DNA of 64,000 nt, taken from the NCBI GenBank assembly GCA_021208605.1, contig JAJOJK010000001.1, positions 5,257-69,256 of the forward strand, given 5' to 3'. A program made the position numbers and the translations under genes. Of this stretch, positions 27,274 to 35,869 are shown in pieces (within the stretch, counting starts at the first letter, position 1; the number at the start of each line of letters is the position of its first letter). Source of the DNA: Candidatus Woesebacteria bacterium. Lineage in GTDB: Bacteria > Patescibacteriota > Microgenomatia > UBA1400 > UBA1396. The notes beneath the pieces are model-generated. The model worked only from the letters and a program-made list of their open reading frames with translations. It searched no databases and was not told the origin of the DNA.

Positions 27274-29666
27274 TGCGATTTGTCGATACGGATGTTTACA
27301 GGAATACGGTCAGTGTCTTTGGGAAGGCGATTGAAAAGCCATCCAATCCAAGTTGGTTTGGAAGTGATGGTAAATCGTTCAATGCGAGTGTCTCCAGAAA
27401 GAATCTGTTCAGCTCGCGAGGTGTAGGCACCGGCAATTTTTTCGAGGATTGCACTGGCTTGGACAGTTGGTACGCCTTGGCCAGAGATTTCAGCTTCTAG
27501 AGTGTAGACACCTTCGCCTCGGATCGCGACTGATTTGGGCTCTAGATCAACGCTTTCTGGGAGGAGCGTTTGGTCGGCTTGCACTTGGTCGGATAAGAGT
27601 TGTTGGGCAGTGGCTTGTAAATCATCTTCGGCAATGCGCAGTGCTTGGCCTTCGACAGTGACTTTGACAGTCACAAACTTCGCTTCTTCACCGACTTCCA
27701 CAGACGGCGCGATGTCGGTAATCTCAACTTCATCGGTGAAGAAGACATACTGACCGTCTTCGGCGCTGCCCTCGATTTTTTCGACGAGTTGTGTTTTCCC
27801 AGCTTCGCTGAGGCGGTCGGCTGTATCATCAATGTCAGCTTGAGAAACGGCTTGGATTTCTCGACTGCTTCCGCCACTGAAAGCTGCATCATTTTTAGCT
27901 TCATATGAAGAGGAATCAAAGTTTGCGACGGTGAACGTTGTGTCTTCGCCGAGATTGCCTTCGGGACCAATATCGACCGCTGTGACGCCCACTTCACCAG
28001 TTCCAAACGAAATGGTTCGCGATTCGTCATTTTCTTGTGAGGAGGCTGAGGCGATCGTAATATCTTCATCGAGGGTAAAGGTGAGGCTGTTCGCGGTTAT
28101 TTGCGTGCCAGCGGGAAAACTTTTCTCCTGCGCTGTTTTATTGATCATTTTGACGCGACCGGTAGCCGGATCGCCGATGACCTTGCTGCCCGTGGTGGGT
28201 ACTTCTTCCTCCAGGGTGACACTTTCGGTAAAGGTAGTGGCTTGTAGAGCGGATTCACTCGCACTACTGACATTTTCTCCGACTACAAATGTATCAGTCA
28301 GCGAGAGCTCTTGTGTATTGAGCCAGATATCGACTTGTGTTTGGTAGCTTTGCGACAGCGCGAAGTAGCCACCGCCCAGTGTGAGCAGAAGTACAACAAT
28401 TATTCCGGCAGCAACCAGGGTAAGCGGTTTGCCTTTGAATGCCTTTCCTAGACCGGAAAATGTTTTTGGAAGGCGTGAGAATTGGGTGAGTAAACCGGTA
28501 GTTAATCCGGCGAGTGACGATTTTTTTGGAGAGGAGTCGTTGGGAGTTGCGGAATCGAGTCCGTCGACGGCGGTATGCGGCGTGGCAGCAGAGATTTCTG
28601 GATCGTCGTAGTGATGCATGTTGATTTGTGGGCCAGCTTGCTGGCCGACGGTATTGGACCCCTGAGAATTCGGGCTGAAATTTGGTTCACTGAAAGTATC
28701 GGTTGCGGTGGATTCTGGCTCTCCTGCGTCGGCTTCTGGATCCTGGGTGAGTCCAGTGTTTTTGGCAAATGACGGCGGAGCAAACCCGGCTGGAGGCGCA
28801 TTGAGCAGTGGTGCGTCTTCTCCACTCGTGCCTGGTGGGAGCACGACGTTGCTGGTTTCTTCGGCGGCTGGTGTGACAGGGGTGGTAGGTGTGGTCGCGC
28901 TGGCGAGGTGGGATGAATCGGCACTCGATGCTTCGGTACTAGATGTGTTGGTGTCTTTTGGATGCGTTGTGTCTTCTCCGGCAGAGAGCACTTCAAAACC
29001 ACCGGTGGTGATGGCATTTTCAGAAATATTTTGTGCGGAAAGTGTTTCGATTGAGGTACTGAATGTTGTGTGCAGTGCGTCTTCGACTTCGCTTGTGCTG
29101 CGATTATTGGGACTGAGGACGATGATTCGCTGTGGTGAAGTAATACCACTCGCTGTGAGGCGAGCTTGTAGTTCGACGATATCTTGCTGTATATCACCAC
29201 TCTTGCCGATCCGTTCGACTTGTTTTTCGGCGCCATCTTGGTATACAGAAATATCAAGGTATTGTGGTGTATCGCTGATCAGAAGTCCGGAGAAGTTAAC
29301 GCCGTGCTGGGCGCTTTGTTGTGCGGCTACGGTGTCGGTGAGTACAACGAAACCAAGAGGATCGAGTACTAAATCTTGCGACAGGCTTTTGAGAAAGCGC
29401 TTACGACCTTCGATTAAGTCATTTTCTTTGACCCAGTGGTGCGGCAAGATGTAGAGCACATTTTTGAGGGTGAGCCCGGCCTCGCCGAGATTGTCGAGGG
29501 CTTTGTCGACGGCGTCGTTGTAGGCCAAATCTTCGTCCTGTTGCAGGTCGATTATTGGGGAGTGATTGAGGATGGTTACTTTTGAGTCGACGAGCTGCCA
29601 AATAGCGGCGCTCACCCACTCATCACTCAGGACTAAGGCTAAATATTGTTGGGCAGATTGAGCCAT
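27270..29666 (-). CDS. Bitopic protein: FtsA/PilM-like N-domain, disordered linker, TM, baseplate-J-like extracellular domain
   Basis: Single TM near aa 415-435; C-terminal 'G.V...N.....FPAGT', 'V.A...G.EGN', 'N...FSGG' resemble baseplate J/gp47 patterns. Confidence 0.6.
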   Translation of the reverse strand: MAQSAQQYLALVLSDEWVSAAIWQLVDSKVTILNHSPIIDLQQDEDLAYNDAVDKALDNLGEAGLTLKNVLYILPHHWVKENDLIEGRKRFLKSLSQDLVLDPLGFVVLTDTVAAQQSAQHGVNFSGLLISDTPQYLDISVYQDGAEKQVERIGKSGDIQQDIVELQARLTASGITSPQRIIVLSPNNRSTSEVEDALHTTFSTSIETLSAQNISENAITTGGFEVLSAGEDTTHPKDTNTSSTEASSADSSHLASATTPTTPVTPAAEETSNVVLPPGTSGEDAPLLNAPPAGFAPPSFAKNTGLTQDPEADAGEPESTATDTFSEPNFSPNSQGSNTVGQQAGPQINMHHYDDPEISAATPHTAVDGLDSATPNDSSPKKSSLAGLTTGLLTQFSRLPKTFSGLGKAFKGKPLTLVAAGIIVVLLLTLGGGYFALSQSYQTQVDIWLNTQELSLTDTFVVGENVSSASESALQATTFTESVTLEEEVPTTGSKVIGDPATGRVKMINKTAQEKSFPAGTQITANSLTFTLDEDITIASASSQENDESRTISFGTGEVGVTAVDIGPEGNLGEDTTFTVANFDSSSYEAKNDAAFSGGSSREIQAVSQADIDDTADRLSEAGKTQLVEKIEGSAEDGQYVFFTDEVEITDIAPSVEVGEEAKFVTVKVTVEGQALRIAEDDLQATAQQLLSDQVQADQTLLPESVDLEPKSVAIRGEGVYTLEAEISGQGVPTVQASAILEKIAGAYTSRAEQILSGDTRIERFTITSKPTWIGWLFNRLPKDTDRIPVNIRIDKSQ

Positions 29667-29712
29667 ACTTACTTATTTAAGCAGGAATTGGAGCGCTTGT
29701 CAGCCACTAGGT

Positions 29713-29734
29713 ATCGGGAGACACCCCTAGGCCT
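29713..29734 (+). repeat. Left 22-bp inverted repeat flanking the RAYT gene
   Basis: ATCGGGAGACACCCCTAGGCCT is the exact reverse complement of 30220-30241. Confidence 0.9.
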
Positions 29735-29774
29735 GTAATAATTTTGTTCATTTCATTTGTTTATATGTTTACAT

Positions 29775-30221
29775 ATGCCAGCAATTAACGCTCTCAAACA
29801 ATATCGGCCGAACACTATTTACCACGTTTATAACCGCGGTGTGAACAAACAAGACGTTTTTTTCTCTGAAAGAGACTATATGGTTTTTCGAAACTTGGCT
29901 CGGACGACACAGTACGAAATGGCAAAAACTGGATCGCAAATTGAGGTGTTCGCTTTTGCTCTTTTACCAAATCACTTCCATTTTATTCTTTGGCAGTACT
30001 ATGAACGCGACATGGTGCATTTTATGCGATCTTTGACGTTGAAATATGTGAAGTACGTAAATGAAGAGTATGAGCGAGTGGGAAATTTATTTATGAGACC
30101 GTATAAAGCTCGACTACTTTACACCCCAGTGCAAGTCGCAAAAGCCACGAGATATGTTTTGCAAAATCCGGTAGATGCAAACTTGCCTGCCGATTGGAAG
30201 CATGTGGGAACAAAGTTATAG
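29775..30221 (+). mobile_element. REP-associated / IS200-like Y1 (HUH) transposase (RAYT)
   Basis: 'YHVYNRGVNKQDVF', HUH motif 'PNHFH', 'RVGNLF..PY', catalytic Tyr 'YVLQNP'. Confidence 0.88.
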
Positions 30222-30241
30222 GCCTAGGGGTGTCTCCCGAT
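30220..30241 (-). repeat. Right 22-bp inverted repeat flanking the RAYT gene
   Basis: AGGCCTAGGGGTGTCTCCCGAT; overlaps the RAYT stop codon. Confidence 0.9.
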
Positions 30242-30244
30242 TCC

Positions 30245-32071
30245 TTAGTTTTTAAAACGCAAATACACCCGCCGCACCCCAGCGCTCACCGACTTCTGTT
30301 TAAAGATCTCAATCAAGCCAATTTCGCCAGTATGTTCCACATGTGGACCACCACAAAGTTCGCGGCTCACCCAGTTGTTCTTCTCTCCCACCGTGTACAC
30401 GCTCACGGTGTCAGGATACTTTTCCTTAAAAAATGCTAAAGCTCCAGAAGCAAGTGCCTCGTCTTTAGGGAGCACTTCTTTGTAAACAGGCCAGTCTTTT
30501 TCGATTTGTTCGTTGATCCATGCTTCGACTTGTTGCAGCTGATCCTCAGTCAATGCAGAGTCGTGAGAAAAGTCAAAGCGCAAGCGCTCAGCAGTGATGT
30601 TCGAGCCTTCCTGATGCACATGATCGCCTAAGACGTGACGCAAAGCCGCATGAAGCAAGTGCGTAGCAGTGTGGTAGCGAGTGGCGGCTTCAGAATGGTC
30701 CGCCAGTCCTCCCTTGAAAGTCTGACCAGACTGCTCTCGGGACAAATTTTGGTGACGAGCGAACTCATCCTCAAAGCGAGCGGGGTTTACTTTTTCGCCG
30801 CGTTCTTCGGCAATTTCTTGCGTCATCTCGATTGGGAAGCCGTAGGTTTGGTAGAGGTCGAAAGCAATTTGACCATCTAAAGAGTCGTACTTCTCGATTT
30901 CGCGGAGGCCTTTACGGAGCGCTTTACTGAACTTCTCTACTTCATCGACAATGGTGGATACAATTGACTCGCGATTCGCGTCGAGTTCAGGATACTGCAG
31001 TACGTAGGCTGGGTTACTGCACTGTTCGTTAACCAAACGAGCCATGATCGCGCTGTATTGCGTGTCATCTAAGCCGAGCTTAAAGAGTTCGCGCACTGCC
31101 CGGCGGATGAGGCGGCGCAGCACGTAGCCGCGTTCCTTATTACTGGGAGTGACCCCATCTTGCACCATAAAGATGCCAGCACGAACGTGGTCGGCGATAA
31201 TGCGCATGCTGCGAGTGTGGCTTTGGTAGGTGTGGTCAGAAATTTCTTCCAAAATGCGAATCACCGGCATAAATAACTCGGTTTGGTAGGCATCTGGTTC
31301 CGGCAGTTCCCCTTGAATCCAGTTAAAGATAGCGAGCATGCGTTCTAGGCCGAGACCAGTGTCGACATTATTTTTCTTCAGCGGCTCGTAGGATGCGTCT
31401 GCTGTTTTGTTGAACTGCATGAAGACATTGTTCCAAACTTCGACGAAGTCGCTGACGTCGTTAGCTGGTTCATCATTGAAATCGTCGGCAAAAGGATCGC
31501 CGTTGCCGGTGTAGTAGAAAATCTCAGTATCGGGGCCACAGGGGCCTGTTATGCCGGCTGGTCCCCACCAGTTTTCTGACTTGGGATAGTAATAGATGCG
31601 TTTTTCTGGATTGGAAACCCCTGCTTGGGTAAGAACCTCAAGCCAAATAGTGGCGGATTCCTCATCGCGTGGCGCGTCAGCGTCGCCTTCAAAAACGGTG
31701 ACAAAGAGCTTTTCTTTGTCGAGGCCCATGTACTCAGCGGCAGTCAGAAATTCCCAGCTCCAAGTAATAGCTTCTTTTTTAAAGTAATCACCAAGAGACC
31801 AGTTCCCGAGCATTTCAAAGAAAGTGAGATGCGTGCGATCGCCGACTTCGTCGATATCAACCGTTCGGATACATTTTTGTACATCAACTAAGCGAGTACC
31901 CTCCGGATGTGGCTGACCGAGTAGATATGGCACCAAAGGATGCATGCCAGCAGTAATAAATAAGGTAGTAGGATCATTATCAGGAACCAAAGAAGCAGAA
32001 GGAATGACGGCGTGTTCGCGCAGTTCAAAAAAACTCAGGAATTTGTGGCGAAGTTCTTGTGCTGTAATCAT
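30245..32071 (-). CDS. alaS: Alanine--tRNA ligase (short form, no C-Ala domain)
   Basis: 'HLTFFEMLGNWS', 'DTGLGLER', editing motifs 'HTATHLL' and 'ELCGGPH'; ends at 'GVRRVY'. Confidence 0.96.
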   Translation of the reverse strand: MITAQELRHKFLSFFELREHAVIPSASLVPDNDPTTLFITAGMHPLVPYLLGQPHPEGTRLVDVQKCIRTVDIDEVGDRTHLTFFEMLGNWSLGDYFKKEAITWSWEFLTAAEYMGLDKEKLFVTVFEGDADAPRDEESATIWLEVLTQAGVSNPEKRIYYYPKSENWWGPAGITGPCGPDTEIFYYTGNGDPFADDFNDEPANDVSDFVEVWNNVFMQFNKTADASYEPLKKNNVDTGLGLERMLAIFNWIQGELPEPDAYQTELFMPVIRILEEISDHTYQSHTRSMRIIADHVRAGIFMVQDGVTPSNKERGYVLRRLIRRAVRELFKLGLDDTQYSAIMARLVNEQCSNPAYVLQYPELDANRESIVSTIVDEVEKFSKALRKGLREIEKYDSLDGQIAFDLYQTYGFPIEMTQEIAEERGEKVNPARFEDEFARHQNLSREQSGQTFKGGLADHSEAATRYHTATHLLHAALRHVLGDHVHQEGSNITAERLRFDFSHDSALTEDQLQQVEAWINEQIEKDWPVYKEVLPKDEALASGALAFFKEKYPDTVSVYTVGEKNNWVSRELCGGPHVEHTGEIGLIEIFKQKSVSAGVRRVYLRFKN

Positions 32072-32205
32072 GCGTGGATTGTAGCATACGACAGGGTTTG
32101 CGACAGGTATCATGCTGAGTCGGAAACAGCAGATTCATTCGGTATATTTTCGGAATTTGGGTATAATTCCTACTTGCATTCAGTTATCAAAATATTGATA
32201 CTGGA

Positions 32206-35200
32206 ATGAGGCGGAAACGCTCAAAAAACACAAGAAAACAAAGCAAGTCGAACAAAAGCAAGGGAAATATGGAAACAAGTGAAAGAACTACAGAGCAAAT
32301 TGTAGCTGAACTTAGAGATTTAATGAAAAACACCGGCGTTAACGTCGATAATATTACAAGTCGACTCGCAGAATTACCTCCAATAGTTCATGAGCAATTA
32401 CAGACTCAACTTGAGAACAAAGCGCATCAAGCCATTGAAGCTGATCAAGAGTTATCGCAAGCAGAACAGTCTGTGCTTCAGTGGTTGCAAGAGAATTCAC
32501 AAGCTGCTAGTCCTGATCTTATTCCTGAGGAAACTACTGATCCACAATTTATCGGCAAACCGCTTCCTGCTGTTGAGAGTGAGTGGCTTACGCAAGAAGA
32601 AATTGGCTTGACCGAAGAAACGCCGGCAGAAACTGTGTCTGCTCAAGACGAAGAACAGTCAGCTAAAAAGAACATTTTCCAGCGTCTTTATGATGGTTTT
32701 ATGAAATTTGGAAAGCTTCAGATAAATAGACTTCCGAATGCTGTCGATTCGTTGCTGAAAGGCTGGAGACAGCGAACTGAGAAAAGACGGGCTGAGCGAG
32801 CTCAGCGAGTGCAGCAACAACCAGAAGGTAGGCGCAATCCATTCAGTTTGGTTGAGAACGAAAACTCTTTAGAGGAAAGGTTAGCCAAGAAGGTCCAAGC
32901 TATCGTTGAAAAACTTAACAAAGCCGCTGCTGGGTTAGACTCTGAGGATGAAGAATCGAGATATCTAGATTTAGTGCAAAAGGTAACTCAAGATCATGCA
33001 GCAGTCGTGGCAAAACGATCCGAGTATAAAGCTGAAACTGATCCAGAAAAGAAAAAACAGTTGTCGGATGAAGTGTACCAATTAGAAAAAGATCTTGAAC
33101 AAACAATCGAACTCACTGAGAGTAGATTGCAAGAGTTACAGGGTCCAGGATTTGTACAAAGAGGTCGTGAGCGGATTTCGCAATTTGTTGGCTCGCTGGA
33201 AACACAATTTACGGCCGCAGGCCGGCGCGAAGCGAAAGTTGCTAGAAAAGAAAAGCAACTGGAAACTACGAATAAACGTTCCGAAAAGCATGCTGGTCAA
33301 GCTGAAGCGCTGCTTGCAGAGTACACATCTCTCACTGACACTGTTCGCGAAAGACAGACTTCTATTGCGAGAATCAAAGCTCGTTTGGAAGCTAACATTC
33401 CTGCAGATGAACGGGCAGTGCGGGAATCGCAGTTGAAGCAACTAGAGGCCGAGGTATCGCCACTTGAAAAACGCCTCAAGGAGATGAAGAAGAAATATCA
33501 CGAAGCTTTAGAGAAGCAGCGAGTGGCCGATGTGCAAGCTAACATCCTGCAGATAGATGTGCAAATTGCGAGATTGAAGCAAGTACTCGACCAAGTTCGA
33601 TTTGGTAAATTTGATGAGACCGCTATAGAAGTGAGTAGAATCCAGCAAAAAATTGCTGCACTAGAAGCACGCCGTGCAGAGCTTTTGAAGAAAGAACCGG
33701 ATAATGCTACGGAAACGGAGCGTTCAAGTCTCCTAAATTCAGTAGGAAGAGCGTTTGCTGAAAACGGTGTTCTTCGTAATGTTTGGGAGATTACTGGAGG
33801 GAAAATTAAGTCTCGTGAACAGGCGCTTTGGCTTTTAGCCATGATCATTGCTGGTTTGGCCGGTGGCGCACCTGCGTTGATGGCAGCAAGTACAGGCGCT
33901 TTAGTGCGGGGAATTCAACGAGCTGGTTTGCTCGATCTTGATGTGAGTTCTCAAGAAATCTATGCCAAGTTTGCCGGTATGTCACCGGAAGAGATTTATG
34001 CAGAAATTTCTGAGGGTCTGTCTGAGGATGCCGAAGAGACAAGCAATGAAACACCAGAAGGTGCTCGCCGCAACTATCTGAAGAGCTTGTTACGTATTCC
34101 TGGTGGGGTGTTTGGCATAATTGGAAATGCCTTAAATACTGCCGACCGTAAAATCCTCGGAGTCATCAATAATGGTGCCGAAACTCGAGGCGTACAGTAT
34201 GCCAGAGAGATTGCTGAAGCACTCCAACAGTCAAGTGACTACGATGGTGCACTCGCAAAATATGTTGACCAGAGTATTGGCCGAGAAGAGCTGGATCGCC
34301 TCATAAAGGAAGTACGACGGGCTGAGAATGAGCAAGCCAAAGAAGTGGCGGTGAAAGCTCTCCGCAAAAAACTGAACCAGATGCGTCGCCTCGTGGAGGA
34401 TATTGCACAACTTCAAGCTCAAGGAGGAGTAATTGTCGGTGGCGCGGCGATGGGGTTGCGTACAGCCGAGTTATCGGTGGGTGAACGCTCTGCTCTGTCA
34501 CCACAGAACTTGTTGAACCTTCGTCGCAATTTGGAGAAGGCTGTTGATCGTATTCGTCAGTTTTTGTCTTATGATAATCAAGAAATTGATGGCATGATTG
34601 CCGATATTCTTGACGACATGCAAAGCAATGAGATAGATTACAACGCCGAGTTTCGTGTGAAGTGGTGGACCTTTACTGCCCATGCTTTGAGTAAGTTTTT
34701 ACAATCTGCCGCCGTGCATGCTGGTACTGATGTCGTGCGTGATCGCTTATTGGGACAGTTTGATATGGATATTGATGCAAAGAAACCGAGTTTGGAAGAT
34801 CAGGCTATTCGTGTCAAGTCTGATGCATTTGGTTCTAGTGGGGGTGCTGATCTTGAAGCACAAGCAAAGATGGCAGAAGGTATGGGTTATCAACGAGAGG
34901 TTGAAGGTGTTCAGTTTGTTGACAGTACGCCAGATCTCTCTGGAGGGTACTCACCAGACATAATTCAAACCGTTGATGGACAGCCAGTAATCAACTTATC
35001 GCCTGACGTGGATGGAAACAGATTCTGGATGGAAAATAATCTCGACTTGGCACAAGGAGACGAGTCTCACTTTGCCCAAAGAGCATTACAATTACTAGGA
35101 TATGAGAGTACAAATCCACTTATTAATGTTACTTCTAAAGTGATGCAAAGCATGGAGAGAACTTTAACACCGGCGGAAATGGAGACTGTAGTTGCCGCTT

Positions 35201-35325
35201 TCAACGGAGCTGATGGAATACCTGCTTCGGTAGCTGAAGCAGCACTTGAAATTGGCCGAGGAAGTGATCTTGCAAACTACGCAGAAAACATGGCTATCCT
35301 GACTGAGTATGTTGAAAGTCAGTAG
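32206..35325 (+). CDS. Large coiled-coil protein with internal hydrophobic segments (start may be 32269)
   Basis: 1039-aa ORF with E/K/Q/R heptads and 'ALWLLAMIIAGLAGGAPALMAAS'; TATAAT upstream. Confidence 0.75.
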   Translation: MRRKRSKNTRKQSKSNKSKGNMETSERTTEQIVAELRDLMKNTGVNVDNITSRLAELPPIVHEQLQTQLENKAHQAIEADQELSQAEQSVLQWLQENSQAASPDLIPEETTDPQFIGKPLPAVESEWLTQEEIGLTEETPAETVSAQDEEQSAKKNIFQRLYDGFMKFGKLQINRLPNAVDSLLKGWRQRTEKRRAERAQRVQQQPEGRRNPFSLVENENSLEERLAKKVQAIVEKLNKAAAGLDSEDEESRYLDLVQKVTQDHAAVVAKRSEYKAETDPEKKKQLSDEVYQLEKDLEQTIELTESRLQELQGPGFVQRGRERISQFVGSLETQFTAAGRREAKVARKEKQLETTNKRSEKHAGQAEALLAEYTSLTDTVRERQTSIARIKARLEANIPADERAVRESQLKQLEAEVSPLEKRLKEMKKKYHEALEKQRVADVQANILQIDVQIARLKQVLDQVRFGKFDETAIEVSRIQQKIAALEARRAELLKKEPDNATETERSSLLNSVGRAFAENGVLRNVWEITGGKIKSREQALWLLAMIIAGLAGGAPALMAASTGALVRGIQRAGLLDLDVSSQEIYAKFAGMSPEEIYAEISEGLSEDAEETSNETPEGARRNYLKSLLRIPGGVFGIIGNALNTADRKILGVINNGAETRGVQYAREIAEALQQSSDYDGALAKYVDQSIGREELDRLIKEVRRAENEQAKEVAVKALRKKLNQMRRLVEDIAQLQAQGGVIVGGAAMGLRTAELSVGERSALSPQNLLNLRRNLEKAVDRIRQFLSYDNQEIDGMIADILDDMQSNEIDYNAEFRVKWWTFTAHALSKFLQSAAVHAGTDVVRDRLLGQFDMDIDAKKPSLEDQAIRVKSDAFGSSGGADLEAQAKMAEGMGYQREVEGVQFVDSTPDLSGGYSPDIIQTVDGQPVINLSPDVDGNRFWMENNLDLAQGDESHFAQRALQLLGYESTNPLINVTSKVMQSMERTLTPAEMETVVAAFNGADGIPASVAEAALEIGRGSDLANYAENMAILTEYVESQ

Positions 35326-35357
35326 GCAAAAAGGAACCGAAAACAAAGGAGTAAATC

Positions 35358-35819
35358 ATGAATGAACAAACTGCCCAACAATTGGCTGCAATGGATGTTT
35401 TCACGCTACTCGGTATTACTGATGCCAGTGAAGAAGATCGCGAAGCCTTTCTGAATCAGTTACAAGACGCCATTTGGGAAGAGGTTGTCGAGCAAGAGTT
35501 AGCAGATTCGTTGACCGATGACGAGATCGATACCATCGACCGCGTTATTACCGATGAGGCCCTGCAAGCTGACGAAAAGCGCAATCAGCTTTTCTCTCTT
35601 TTGGCCAACAAAGTGCCAAATCTGGAGGAAGGATTGGCTGATGCCACCAATCAGCTAAAGTATGATCTTTTAGGTGAGCGAGTGGATGGTTTGCGTGAAT
35701 TTTATGCAGCGAAGCCAGATCAGCTCCAAGTGTTGGACCAAGTTGAAGAAATGGTCAACGCCGGTAATGTGAATGAAGCTGTCGCCACGCTGAATAAGCA
35801 GCAAGCTGAAAACGCATAA
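35358..35819 (+). CDS. Small acidic helical protein (DUF5663-like, tentative)
   Basis: AAGGAG RBS; 'LLGI...EEDREAFL' pattern. Confidence 0.6.
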   Translation: MNEQTAQQLAAMDVFTLLGITDASEEDREAFLNQLQDAIWEEVVEQELADSLTDDEIDTIDRVITDEALQADEKRNQLFSLLANKVPNLEEGLADATNQLKYDLLGERVDGLREFYAAKPDQLQVLDQVEEMVNAGNVNEAVATLNKQQAENA

Positions 35820-35839
35820 ATTTCAAAAAAGGAATACTG

Positions 35840-35869
35840 AACAGGCTCTCATTTTGAGGGCCTGTTTTT
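35840..35869. terminator. Intrinsic terminator
   Basis: AACAGGCTCTCA-TTT-TGAGGGCCTGTTTTT. Confidence 0.6.

Noticed and set aside
27270-29666. Prophage or contractile injection system suggested by the baseplate-J-like domain
   Set aside because: No sheath, tube, spike or other tail genes; the protein is membrane-anchored within a housekeeping operon
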